Source: Rebecca billardiae RCC1528
Taxonomy: Eukaryota > Protista > Haptophyta
Length of the DNA stretch: 64,000 nucleotides
Direction of reading: 5' to 3'
Assembly (NCBI GenBank): GCA_965240325.2
Contig: OZ251224.1
Coordinates: 1,488,001 to 1,552,000 of the forward strand
Part shown: positions 33,952-45,394 of the stretch, one piece after another
Numbering within the stretch: the stretch's first letter is position 1
Layout of the letters: each line of letters starts with the position of its first letter
The notes under the pieces: model-generated
What the model saw: the letters and a program-made list of their open reading frames with translations, nothing else
The model's database searches: none
What the model was told of the DNA's origin: nothing
Translations under genes and position numbers: made by a program

Positions 33952-36900
33952 ATGGCGACCGGCGCCGGCGGTCACGGCCGCGTGGCGCATGCGGCGCGCT
34001 CCTCCGCGGCGCTCGCGATCGCGGCCACCGCCGCGTACCAGCGAGGGCTCGCGCGCCTCTACCTTCCTGACGGCCCTCTCGCGGGCTTCGTCGCCATCTT
34101 GTGCACCGCGTCCACGCTCGGCGGCAGCGTTGCACTCGCGTGGGAGACGGTGCTCGGCTGCGCGCTCGCCGTCGCCGTCGATACGCCGTGGCTGCTCGTG
34201 CCGGCGCGTTTCCGCGTGCAGCTGGCCTTCGCTGCGCCGGTCGTGACTCTCCAGAGCTTTGTCCTCGGCGCGGCGGACCTGCCCGCCGGCGTGCGCATGT
34301 TTGGCCTCGCGGTCGCGGTCAGCTTGATGCTCGAGCCGGTGAGCGTGGGCGAGCCGCCGCGGGGCGTGCGTGCGCTGCAGGCCGTGGCCGCCCTGTGCAT
34401 CGGCGCGGGCGCGGCGATCGCCGCCCACCTGCTGCCGCCGCTGGCGCTCGCGCGCGCGGTGCGCGCGGCGCACGCGGCGAGCGGCGACGCGCTCGCGGCG
34501 CGCGCGTTCGGAGCGCTTGCGCGCGCGTTCACGGACGCTGACTCGCGCAGCGGCGTGGAGGCGGCGCTGGTGACGCCGCGGGTGCTGCTGGCGCAGCTCG
34601 ACGCGCTGCCGCGCGCGGTGGAGCCGCTGCACGCCGACGCAGAGTGGGAGTGGGACTGGCCTCGGCGTCGCAGCTCGACGAGCGCCGCGGGGCCGCGCCG
34701 CTCGCCCGGCCCAGCAGACGTGGCATCCGCGCGCCACCTCAGGCGGATGCTTGATGCGCTGCGCGCGCACGCCGACGCGGTGGCGAGCGCGGGGCCGGAC
34801 TCGGCGCAGAGCCGCGTGCACGCCACGTTCCAGGCCGAGCTGCGAGCCCCACTCCAGCGGCTCTCCAAGCTCGTCGCCAGCCTGGCGCACGGAGGCGCGC
34901 CCTCGCCGCCGCCCTCGCCGAGCCGCGGCGGCGGCGGCGGCTGCAGCGCGGACGCGGTCGACGCGGAGATGCGCGCCATCATGCCGCAGCTGCACGCGGG
35001 GTGGCACCGCGCGCGCGTGCGGCTGTTCTACCCGCCTGGCACGTGGCTCGCCGGGCCCGACGACGGCGGACCGCCGGCCGAGGGGGGCGAGAGTGCGGGC
35101 GGCGACGTGGTCGTCGGTGGTGGCGGCGGCGGCGGTGGCATCGCGGCCGCCCGCGTGGACGCGGCCGCCCGGCCTGCGGGCAGCTGGGAGGCGGAGGTGG
35201 CGGCCAACCTGAACGCGTACGCCGATGGCGGGTACGGCGCGATGGTCAACTCGTTCTTGATCTCGGCGATTCTCTACTGCCTCGGCGCCGTGGCCCCGCC
35301 CTCCGAGCCGGGCGGCGGCGGAGGCCCCGAGCGCGCGGCGGCGCGGCACGTGCGCGCCGTGCTTTCTTCGTTGGCGCAGCGCGCGCGCTGGGACGGCTGG
35401 CGCGGCGCGCAGTACGCGCTCGCCATCTGCCTGGCGTCCGTGCCCATGTTCATACCCGCGGCGCGGCGCACGTTCCCGCACGCGCTGCTCGCGCCGGTGG
35501 AGGCGTCGCTGCAGCTGATGGGCACGGCGGGCGCCTCGGCGCGGCGGGCGGGCGAGCGCGTGCTCGGCACGGTCACGGGCGCGGGCGTCGGCCTCTGCCT
35601 CACGCTGGCGACGCGCGCGCTCGCGCCCGCGCTGCCCAGCGCCGCGCTCCCGGCGGTCACGCTGGGCGGGCTGTGCGCGTGGACGTTCCTGGCGTGCCTG
35701 CTGCGCGGCTCGCGCACGCATGGCGCCGCCGCGCTCGTCGCCGCGTGGACCGCCCCCTTCGTCGCCGCGGCGGTCGAGTCCGGCAGCTCAGCGCAAGAGG
35801 ACGCGCTGGGCCGGTGCGCGATGACGGTGCTGGCGGCCGGGAGCGTCGCGGCGGCGTCGCTGTGCGTGCGCCCGCGCTGGGCGCTCGCCGAGGCGGCGGA
35901 GGCGGCCGCACAGGCCGCGGAGGAGGCGGGCGCGCTGCTGGCCGCCGAGGTGAGCATCTGGCGCGCGTACCTGCGGCGGCCCACCGCCATCCCCAGCGCC
36001 CAGGCCGAGCGCGCGGTGGCCGAGGCGGCCGCTCGTGCGGCCGCGCCGCAGCTGGGCGAGCCGCGCTCGCCCGCCGGCGCGGACGCGGCGGGCGCCACGG
36101 CCGGCGCGGAGCACGCGGGCCGGGAGGCGGCGGTGGAGGCGTCAGACTCGGCGTCGCTCCTCCCCTTGCTCCCGCCGCGCGATGGCGACGAGCTCAACGA
36201 CGACGACGTGCCGCTTCTCACCGTGGACGAGGCGGCGACCCTCGCCCTCGCGCGCACGGGCGCGCGGCTGCGCACGGCGCGCGCGCTCTGGGCGGGCGCG
36301 GAGGCGGCGGCGGCGGCGGCGCGCGCGGACGAGGCGCTGTGCGGCGTGGGTGGCGGCGCGGAGAGCACGGCGGCGGAGGGCCTCGCCGCCGTCTCCGCGC
36401 GCGGCGCCGCGCTCTGCCTCCGCCTCGAGCACCTCTTCGACAGCGCGGGATCGGTGGCTGGCCCGTCACGCAGCGCGCTGGGCGGAGTGGTGCACGCCTG
36501 GCCGTGGGCCGAGACCAACGCGCGCGTGGGCGCGGTCGGCGAGGCCGCGCAGGCGCTCGGCGCGGCGCTCGGCGCGGCGCTGCGGCTCACGGGGCCGCGC
36601 GCGCCGGGTACCGCCCCCGCCGCGGCCGAGCACGCGCACGCGCACGTGGCCAGCGCCGCGGCCGCGCTCCGCACCGCGCGCGCCGCGCTCGCCGCCAGCT
36701 ACGCGGCCGCCATTCACAACTCGATCCGCATGAGCTGGGGCAAGCCTGGGCTGCGCTCGTCTGTGGGGGACGCGCTGCTGCACAACTCGACGTGCGAGGC
36801 GCTGCTGCTCGCGGCGGCGGAGCTGCTCGCCCTCGCGCGCGAGGTGGAAGCGGCGTGCGCCGGCGTTGTCGCGCTCGTGGCGCCGCTCGATCCAGAGGGC

Positions 36901-37287
36901 GGCGGCGCCGCCGCCGTCCGCAGCGGCCGCGGCCTCCTGGCGCGGCTCGCCACGGCGCGTGCGCGGCTGCGCGGCACGGTGGCGAGCTCGGCTGATGAGG
37001 GCATGCCGCGGGGTCCGGGGCCGGCCGGGGCGGCCGGGGCGGCGTGCTCGCTCCGCAAGGTGCGCGTGCACGACGCGCAGCCCGGCGCACTCGGGGCAGA
37101 CGAGCAGCGCGGGCAGCCTCAGTCGGGCGCGCAGCCGTCGCACGCTGGCGCCGGGGCCCTGGGGCCGCCACCGGGGACGTCGCCGCCAGGCTCGGCGCTG
37201 CCACTGCCGGCAACGAGCGAAGCGCCGACGCCGGCATCAGCGACGACGGCGCCGCCGCAGCAGGTGCAGCTCGTGCACCGCGTCTAG
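33952..37287 (+). CDS. FUSC/aromatic-acid-exporter (ArAE)-like membrane protein
   Basis: Two clusters of hydrophobic helices separated by a long loop, with GASARRAGERVLGTVTGA and V.PRWA motifs typical of FUSC_2-like domains. Confidence 0.7.
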   Translation: MATGAGGHGRVAHAARSSAALAIAATAAYQRGLARLYLPDGPLAGFVAILCTASTLGGSVALAWETVLGCALAVAVDTPWLLVPARFRVQLAFAAPVVTLQSFVLGAADLPAGVRMFGLAVAVSLMLEPVSVGEPPRGVRALQAVAALCIGAGAAIAAHLLPPLALARAVRAAHAASGDALAARAFGALARAFTDADSRSGVEAALVTPRVLLAQLDALPRAVEPLHADAEWEWDWPRRRSSTSAAGPRRSPGPADVASARHLRRMLDALRAHADAVASAGPDSAQSRVHATFQAELRAPLQRLSKLVASLAHGGAPSPPPSPSRGGGGGCSADAVDAEMRAIMPQLHAGWHRARVRLFYPPGTWLAGPDDGGPPAEGGESAGGDVVVGGGGGGGGIAAARVDAAARPAGSWEAEVAANLNAYADGGYGAMVNSFLISAILYCLGAVAPPSEPGGGGGPERAAARHVRAVLSSLAQRARWDGWRGAQYALAICLASVPMFIPAARRTFPHALLAPVEASLQLMGTAGASARRAGERVLGTVTGAGVGLCLTLATRALAPALPSAALPAVTLGGLCAWTFLACLLRGSRTHGAAALVAAWTAPFVAAAVESGSSAQEDALGRCAMTVLAAGSVAAASLCVRPRWALAEAAEAAAQAAEEAGALLAAEVSIWRAYLRRPTAIPSAQAERAVAEAAARAAAPQLGEPRSPAGADAAGATAGAEHAGREAAVEASDSASLLPLLPPRDGDELNDDDVPLLTVDEAATLALARTGARLRTARALWAGAEAAAAAARADEALCGVGGGAESTAAEGLAAVSARGAALCLRLEHLFDSAGSVAGPSRSALGGVVHAWPWAETNARVGAVGEAAQALGAALGAALRLTGPRAPGTAPAAAEHAHAHVASAAAALRTARAALAASYAAAIHNSIRMSWGKPGLRSSVGDALLHNSTCEALLLAAAELLALAREVEAACAGVVALVAPLDPEGGGAAAVRSGRGLLARLATARARLRGTVASSADEGMPRGPGPAGAAGAACSLRKVRVHDAQPGALGADEQRGQPQSGAQPSHAGAGALGPPPGTSPPGSALPLPATSEAPTPASATTAPPQQVQLVHRV

Positions 37288-37569
37288 GCATGACGATGAG
37301 GTAGTTACTACAGCACGAAATCAGTGAGGATTGCTCAGGACCAGCGGGCGCGCGCTCCACGGACGCATGCACGGAAAGTCAAGATTTCAGAGGTCGTCAC
37401 AAGGGGTGATGAAAAAAGGAAAACTCCGCGGCGGATTTCCGCGTTGAAAAATAGTGGCGCGCTTTGCTGCAGACGGCAGCCTCGCCGCCGCGGACGCTTC
37501 GGCAGCTTGCCTCTCCGCCACCGCAACCAGCCCTCGCAGCAGCCAGCATCTGCTCCTGCGCCCGCCAGG

Positions 37570-38200
37570 GCTGGCGCGAAGACATATGTCGAGCTCATGG
37601 TGGCCGACGCTGGTGGGAGCAACGGTGTGATGGTGACGGGGGACACGCTGCGTGCCAAGGTGCAGCTCAAGGCCATGGGCGCCGTGGGATCCAAAGCTCG
37701 TGGCCTGGATGTTTGCTAACGAGGCAGCAGACTCGGTTGCCTCCAAGCTGTGTGGCAAAGGTTTCGCCGTGACGGTCGAAAGCGAGGACGGCGAAGCGAC
37801 CGCGGCGGAGCGGCGTATGTCAGAGCTTCGTTCGGAAAGGGACGCCGCCCTCGCACACGGTGCCTCGGCTGCCGCGCACGCTGAGCTCACACTTTCGCAG
37901 CACAAGCGCGCCGTCCTGCTCTGTGGCGAGACGCAGAAAGTGAAGGATATGCTGCGTGTGCTGGATGGCAAGTGGATCCACTCGCTGGGCGGGTACTGCT
38001 TTCCTGGCAGCAAGAAGGACGAGCTGCTTTCTGCCCTGCGCGCCGACCCGACCAATCGCGTCGCCGACCAGACAGACCAGTCACAGACTGGTGTGTTGGA
38101 GTTAATTCAGCGACGCGGCACAAACGCGGGCGCCAAGACGACGACGACTTCCGCGACGAGTAGGCCCGTGGCCCAACTGCGTGCTACTGGCGTAGATTAG
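37570..38200 (+). pseudogene. Frameshifted gene with two copies of a 'GDT..K..LK..GG.W...L..W.F' domain
   Basis: Frame of ORF 37324: VMVTGDTLRAKVQLKAMG. Shift near 37683 into the frame of ORF 37652: WDPKLVAWMFA. Second intact copy VLLCGETQKVKDMLRVLDGKWIHSLGGYCFPGSK. Confidence 0.6.
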
Positions 38201-38364
38201 CGACTGCGCATTAAATCCGGGTACGTAGTGAAAAAACCCGATTGCTGGTTTTATCGAGGGCGGTTTTTTTCGGAGAGCTCACCGGCGGCGTCGGCGGCCG
38301 CCATCGTTTCCGTTGCGAGCTCGCCCGCCCTCGAGGCCTGCGCTTCACACAACGCGCGGCACAG

Positions 38365-38667
38365 ATGGCTGACGTCGAGGAGACCCTCAAGCGGATCAGC
38401 TCGCACAAGGGCGTCGTCGGAGCCCTCATTGTGAACGCGCAGGGCATCCCCATTCGCTCCACGCTCCCGGACGAGGAGACATTCGCACACGCGGCGCTGA
38501 TCACACAACTCGCAGCAAAAGCTCGCCGGATCGTGGTCGACCTGGACGAGGATGACGACCTGTGCTTCATGCGGATCAGGTCCAACAAGCACGAGATCCT
38601 GGTCGCGCCAGACAAGGAATACCTCCTCATCTGCGTGCAGAGCTCCGCCTCACAAGCAGAAGCGTGA
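38365..38667 (+). CDS. DYNLRB: Dynein light chain roadblock/LC7
   Basis: [55 protein letters not shown] (100 aa). Confidence 0.96.
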   Translation: MADVEETLKRISSHKGVVGALIVNAQGIPIRSTLPDEETFAHAALITQLAAKARRIVVDLDEDDDLCFMRIRSNKHEILVAPDKEYLLICVQSSASQAEA

Positions 38668-41216
38668 ACGAGGCCGGGTGTGCCCACTGGATGTGCTGGC
38701 AGCTGGCACATCGACGGGCGGCTCGTCCAGGGCAGTCTCTGGGACAGCTCCAGCCGTCGTGCGCCGACGAGTCGCGCATGGCGAACGCATGAGCCCGGCA
38801 TGTGTCGGCGCGTGGTCTCCCATCAATGACATCCGACAGCCGCTCGTCACACATCCCGGATCTGCTCATCTAGGCCTAGCCTCAAGCCTGCCGCGCAGCG
38901 CGACGGCGGCAGCGGTCGACGGCAGGGTCCGTCGACCGTCGACGGCCGCTGATCACATGTGAATCATTACACGCTGTGTAATAGGATACGCGACGTCATG
39001 TCGGCTTGGATGGAGAGTCCCGTGCTGCCACCGGGGCAGGGCGTATCATCCGAGCCTCACACGGTGGCCGGGTCCGACCGCGGTACTACACCGAGTCATT
39101 TAACACCGGAGTCACGACTTGCCCGCAATGTGATTATTGTGAAATAATATGAATCAACGATGCCAGCACCCGGCCGTCGGACTCAGTGACTCGGTCTCGG
39201 AGTTCCGCCCGGAGTGCGCGGGCGGCGCGGGCTCGGGCCGAGAGGCGAGAACACGCGGACGGCGCCTGGCGGCGGCTGCTCAATTCCGACAGACCTGTTG
39301 ATTGACTGCTTAGTCCGCGAATCGTATACTATACTACTAGCTCGGAATCGTGTGACGTGTGCGGTGTGACGCGACGTGTCCCGACGTGTCCGCGCTGATC
39401 ATCCCGATTCCCGGGCCCGTGGGGACGCCGACGGTGCCCGGTCGACTTAGTATTAGTCACTGCTTATTGACAGACTAGCAGTTTAGCTAATTTATTTAAG
39501 TAAGTATGCGCGGTCAGGTCTCAGCCTCAGGTGTGACAGTGTCCAGGTGTGAGTCACTGAGTGTGTGAGCGGACTCTGGCACTTCTGTCTCTGATCCATC
39601 GAGTCGTAGTCGTGAAGTCGTCACGGTCTGACGAGAGTGGCCTTGATGACGATATCCGTCATTCATGTGAGTAGTGTCAGGGCGCGGGGCACGAGTAGTG
39701 TGGCGTGACTCACAGCGGATGCCAGTCACTCCATCGTCAGGCCGGATCTTGAGAGTCTAGATAGCCAGTCTAGCAGACTAGCAGTGCACCGAGCGAGGAG
39801 AGCCTCGGCCTTGATGGACCAGCGCCGTCTGACCGCGCCGACACTCTGATTGATATCGGTGACGACAGCTGTCGGCCGGCCCGCGCACGGCGCAGCTGCG
39901 AGGGCGGTATGAATACAGAAAAATAGTGAGTATTACTATGTAGCTGCAGTCACTACGTGCGTCAGCGGGCATGCTGAATGGCCGCGCCCTACTGCGTCTG
40001 GACAACTTTGGCAGCGGCAGCGCGCAGGGGACGAGTCATTTACAGTACAGTCGCGTACCAGCGGCCCACTGAGTATGTGACTGACTCAGTTACAAAATAT
40101 ATTAAGTTCGAGTGAGTGGCCCGCGGGAGAGTCGTATACAGTTTATTTGTTTTAACGTGCGTAAGGCTCACGGTGGCAGGTTGCCGCGCCATCCTTCATC
40201 GCACACTCTCCGAAGAGAGACCTGGAAACTGGTTTTGAACATCGCAGATCACCAGAGGGAGAGGCGGCGATCATCCCACTACTGGTTTTCGTTTCAAAGT
40301 CGTCAGGCGACTTTGAAACGACAAGATGATGCAAGTGCAACGCTAGTCGCTAGTCGCTACACTGACCGGACGTATTCGTTCTGGGGGGAGTGGACCAGAG
40401 CCGGAGCCCAGTCGCTGCCGTGAGCCGCGCCCCACGGTAGGTAGTGTATTGCAGTATCAGGCGGCCTCAGTCTGAAGCAGCAGGCTTCGCCTCACTCCTG
40501 ACGCAACTCTTGATGGTCCTGTGCAGCGCGCCTCTCAGAACAGTCCCTACCACAGACAGAGCTTTACCGCTTGCATCCTGCCGCGACTTGATTCGTCAAT
40601 CCCCCAGTTCGGCCTTAGCGAGCACGGCGGGGTTGCATATCTGCATTGTATCTAGACACGGTTCATCACTGACATAGTGGAGCCATCACACTCTCGTCTC
40701 AGATGAAGGAAAGGTCAATCATCAAGATGAGAACCTTGAGGTGATGGGTGTACACACTACAGTACTCGGCGCCGCGCAGACAAGAACCATGATCTCCATT
40801 GCGACAACCGACCGACCTGCTGCTGCTATTCGGATGTTGCCCAGCCAGGCAACACGTTGGCCTTGGGCGACTGACGAATGGCAACCGCGGAATATTCGCC
40901 GTGCGTGTACTGTGTGCCGGCGCAATAGTCGCAAAGCATGCCACTCAGCAATGCATGATCTCAGACAGATGGTGAGGCTATGCCCTCCTTGCCGTCCCAC
41001 GACAGCATGACTGTCGGGGGACACGGCCATCTGTCGGCAGACCGATGACTGACTGAGCGATTGTGCTGCAGTGGCAGACACTGACAGAGAAAGCATCACT
41101 GGACACTGGCGTGGCTGCCAGTGATGATCACAAACATGCAGGGGAGAGGAGGGCGCGAGCGCCGAGCACGTTGTCAGCTTGATGTCCGTCGTTCTGACCT
41201 CGAGCGGACCGACGGA

Positions 41217-41567
41217 TTACTCCTCGCCGTCGTCGTACGCTGGAGGCACGATGCCCTTCTTGAATTGCTCCTTGGTGAGTTCGTCAAGCTCGGCCCACTC
41301 CTTGCTGAGGACCTTCGTGATCTCCTGGCTGCTCGAAGCAGGGAGGCGGCTCTTCGCATGGGCGTGCCGGAGCTTCACGTACAGCACAAAGTTCTTGAGC
41401 GGCTTCGCGCCGTACAAGTCGGTCTTGGTCTTCATGTCGAGCGAGCGCCACTCCTCGGTGAGCTTGCCTTTGACCGCTTGATCATCAAGACCCGGGTTGC
41501 TGTCGATGACGCGCTTGCGATTCGCCTTCGCGTACTTTTGGAAGCCAGACATGCGCGTTGTGCCCAT
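41217..41567 (-). CDS. Small protein with two HMG-box-like repeats
   Basis: MSGFQKYAKANRKRVIDSNPG..KLTEEWRSLDMKTK and PLKNFVLYVK..EITKVLSKEWAELDELTKEQF. Confidence 0.8.
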   Translation of the reverse strand: MGTTRMSGFQKYAKANRKRVIDSNPGLDDQAVKGKLTEEWRSLDMKTKTDLYGAKPLKNFVLYVKLRHAHAKSRLPASSSQEITKVLSKEWAELDELTKEQFKKGIVPPAYDDGEE

Positions 41568-41836
41568 CGTCGTGCCGGAGGAGGAGGTAGGGGGCGACCA
41601 GTGGGAACGAAGGCGAGTGCGCTACTGGTCATCGGGTGGCGAAGACGGTTGGGCTTTTGTTGCCAACGACGACTGGCTCCAACGACTGGCCTCGAGGCGA
41701 AGTCCGGTCCGGGGTGTGTCCAACGATCCACAGCCGCACAGCGCCCTTCTTCCCACAGCGCCGATCGCCGCCCCCTGGCCGTCGTTCGCTCTCCGCTTGT
41801 ATGCTCGCCTCCGGTGCATCGCGATCCGCGACGGCA

Positions 41837-43028
41837 TGGCAGCAGGGCGCGCTGCCGATGCGTCTGATGCCCACACGTCTGCTGCCCGTGCGCACGCTCG
41901 CCTCGCTCACGCCGTCTTTGCATACCACCTCTACGTTCCGCCGCGGCGAGCAGCAGGAGAAGCAGGCGCGGCGTGATGTGGCTCCCGATCAGCCCCACCA
42001 GCAGGATTTGTACAGCCCCAGTGGCTTCTTCAAGGTGACCAATGTGGCCTCGTACGTCCCAACGCAGCAAGGCGCGCCCACCAAGGAAGTGATGTCGCAG
42101 TCGACCGCAAAGGGCGATCTCGGTCAGGTGGCGGCCGCATGGGCGCTTGAGCAACACTAACCGGGTAGTAAGTCCCGTGTCGAGCCGGAGTACACGGACG
42201 TCATTCCGCACCTTCCTGGCGGTGGCGGTGCGAAGACATACCAGATTAAGCGGCGCACGGGACGCGCAACTCAAGACGAGGTCGAACGCGCAAGGCCGAC
42301 CGACCTACGAGATGAAGGTCCACTACAACGTCGACCACAGCCCAAAGCTACCAGTCTCAGCGAGTACGCCGAGCACAAGCCGGGCACGCTCTGCCTTGGA
42401 CCAAAAGACGACATCTTCGTGTTGGTTTTCTGGCAGCAGGGCGCGCTGCCGATGCGTCTGATGCCCACACGTCTGCTGCCCGTGCGCACGCTCGCCTCGC
42501 TCACGCCGTCTTTGCATACCACCTCTACGTTCCGCCGCGGCGAGCAGCAGGAGAAGCAGGCGCGGCGTGATGTGGCTCCCGATCAGCCCCACCAGCAGGA
42601 TTTGTACAGCCCCAGTGGCTTCTTCAAGGTGACCAATGTGGCCTCGTACGTCCCAACGCAGCAAGGCGCGCCCACCAAGGAAGTGATGTCGCAGTCGACC
42701 GCAAAGGGCGATCTCGGTCAGGTGGCGGCCGCATGGGCGCTTGAGCAACACTAACCGGGTAGTAAGTCCCGTGTCGAGCCGGAGTACACGGACGTCATTC
42801 CGCACCTTCCTGGCGGTGGCGGTGCGAAGACATACCAGATTAAGCGGCGCACGGGACGCGCAACTCAAGACGAGGTCGAACGCGCAAGGCCGACCGACCT
42901 ACGAGATGAAGGTCCACTACAACGTCGACCACAGCCCAAAGCTACCAGTCTCAGCGAGTACGCCGAGCACAAGCCGGGCACGCTCTGCCTTGGACCAAAA
43001 GACGAGCGACATCTTCGTGTTGGTTTTC
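41837..43028 (+). repeat. 594-bp tandem duplication (41837-42430 / 42431-43028)
   Basis: TGGCAGCAGGGCGCG...ACATCTTCGTGTTGGTTTTC occurs twice. The second copy has 4 extra bp near 43005. Confidence 0.95.
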
Positions 43029-43416
43029 TTTCACCCGCTGTTCAGTGGCTTTGCCGGCAGTATCGACTACTTGATCTACCACAAGGCGCATGCGCAGGCC
43101 AGCGAGGGCCCCGTCTCGTGGGTCGAGCTGGGTTCGGCACATCCGCGGGGACGAACAAACAGGGCGCCCGGAGCACTTCCGTCCTATACAGATGACGTAT
43201 CTGCTGGACCCTGTCTCCATGAGGACATGGGCCACGAAGCTGGACGAGCTGCGCGACCCAGCGAAGCGCTCCAAGTACGGTCCTGTCCACGTCAGGGTCA
43301 CTGCAGAGGACTTTTCACGTCCCCTCAAGCGAAGCGCCGCAGAGTCCCCAGCACACGCGGCCGGTGCTTGCGCAGATCAAATAAGCGACCTCGCCGCTGC
43401 CACCGTCGCCGTATAA
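41858..43416 (+). pseudogene. Disrupted gene, possibly a PD-(D/E)XK endonuclease
   Basis: KGDLGQVAAAWALEQH*PG..EYTDVI..KTYQIK, then in shifted frames YEMKVHYN..SDIFVLVFF..DYLIY and QMTYLLDP..TKLDELRD. In-frame TAA in both duplicated copies. Confidence 0.45.
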
Positions 43417-44049
43417 AATCTGTTGATGCGCTATAACCTGCTGCTGGTAGCAGTCCTGCCTTGCATGCATAACCGCCAGCATGTCGCCTCTACTCCGAGA
43501 GTCACGCGACTATTAAGCCATATCATCTGCTTAGATAGGCACTGCTAGGCACTATAGCTACCGGCCGCCATGCACTTGTCAGACTGGGCAGCAGTCCTCG
43601 AAGACACCGTTCCACAGGAGTCGCGGGTAAGTTTCCGCATCTACCCGCACGCCACCGGCGGAGGCACGATCTCACTACTATCTCGGCAGCCCCAACGGCC
43701 CCGAGCCGGGTACTCCTAAGCCTCCGCGGGGCTGATCCATCATCTGACGATGTGAGCCCGTCCGCCTCGCCCCTTCGGGGCGGTCCTAGCCCAGCCTGGT
43801 CGCTTCCGGTGGACCTATCGCCCACACGCGCGGTAGGGAGCACCCACGCTTCTTCTTCAGTCTAACAGCACGATTACTATCTATAGGCTACGACTGACTA
43901 GCAGCATCGGACTGTATAAGGTAGTATCGGAGTCGACGATCGTAATATATCGTCATATTCTGGCAGCTAATAAGAGCAGTCTGTCCGGTCATCATGGTCA
44001 TGATCATCGTATTCGTACTATTCGTCAGCAGCAGCTAATGCCTAATATA

Positions 44050-45394
44050 TGACCGCGTTCCGCGGTCCTCTTCCGTCAGAACCAACGTAGTTGGGGGCCC
44101 GCGGCGCAGCTGTGCTGTCACCCACGTTGAGCACACAATATACGCGCAGTATCCCAAGGCTCGCAGTCGTCGGGTGAGGTGGCCGCGCGGCGCGCGCGGC
44201 CGGCTGGCCGCGTGGTGGGTGGTGCGAGCATTCAGGTGGGGGCAGCAGAGCTTCGCAGGATGCTGATCCGCAGCTGCCAGAGCGTGCGCACGGCGTCTAC
44301 CCGGCAACTTGGCGGCCGCTCGCGTCTGAGCGCACAGCGCGCTCCAGCCGCAGGCGCAGACGGCACCGTGACTGCCATCGGGTGCCACGGTTGAACGCGT
44401 GGTCGGGCCACAGGCTACTGGTGGGCGCGCAAGCGGTGCCTAGCTGGCCCGCGGCCTCGGTGGCGTCGCGCACCACGCCTCCCGGCCCGCACCATCCTTC
44501 GGTGCTCGCACCAGACTGGCTCGACAGGGGCACCCGGGAATGCGCACATGGGCCCCGGCGAGCCCGCGGCGAGGATCCGCGTTCGCGGGCGCTTGCGAGG
44601 GAATTTCGGGGGTCGGAACCGCTCGGGCGGGACAGTGCCACCTGCCCCGCGAGGCGCGCACCCGCAAATCGCGACACGACACCCCGACTGGCCGCCGCGT
44701 GGCGGCGGCGGGCTAGGCCGTACGGTTTTGCCTCCGCGCCAAAGCAGGCAGGCGGATGCCCGAGCAGGGCGGTCGGCCGCAGGAGCCGGGCCGCCTGCGA
44801 GCTGAAGGACGAGTTGGCTCCACCTCGGCTTCACGCCGGTGGCCAGCTCGCGCTCGTGCGCCCAGCAGCTCGCCCCCGGGCGGCGGGGGTCGGCTCGGCG
44901 AGGGGCGCGAAAGGGTCGCCTTCGCGACGCCTCGTCTCCCGGATGTACAAAACGCGGGGATGACACGCGCCGCGCGCGCCCCCTCCGCTCCGACTATACG
45001 GATAGCTGCGGCGGGTATTTTTCAATGTCTCGCACTATTGGAGTTGGTTGGACGATTATGTCAACGGTCGTTCTTGGCATCTTGCGGCGGCGAGGCCATA
45101 TTATTTTACTATGGCCTCACACTACATTAACGAGAGTCTACCCACAATTACCCTGCCTCGCACACTTGGGCGTGGGTTTCGTTGATTCCTCTGTTCACTA
45201 TTCAAGACGGCGGACGCGCCCTTTTTCGACGCTAATTCATGCGTAAGGAGGTCTCAAAAAATCGAAACTCGGTCTCCTCCACTCTGGAAAACACCGCCCA
45301 GTCCCTTTTTTCTTTGATCAAAGATCTTTTTGAAACGTGGTTAGGGCCCACGGAGCGGGCTCACGCTGCGCGTTCCGCCCTGCACCGCGGGCCA
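44050..45394 (-). mobile_element. Non-autonomous Helitron2/Helentron-like element, copy 3 (1345 bp)
   Basis: A|TGACCGCGTTCCGCGGTCC at the left. The right ~150 bp are the reverse complement of the copy 1 5' end (GGTCTCAAAA..TTTGATCAAAGATCTTTTTGAAACGT..CACCGCGGGCCA). Confidence 0.75.
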
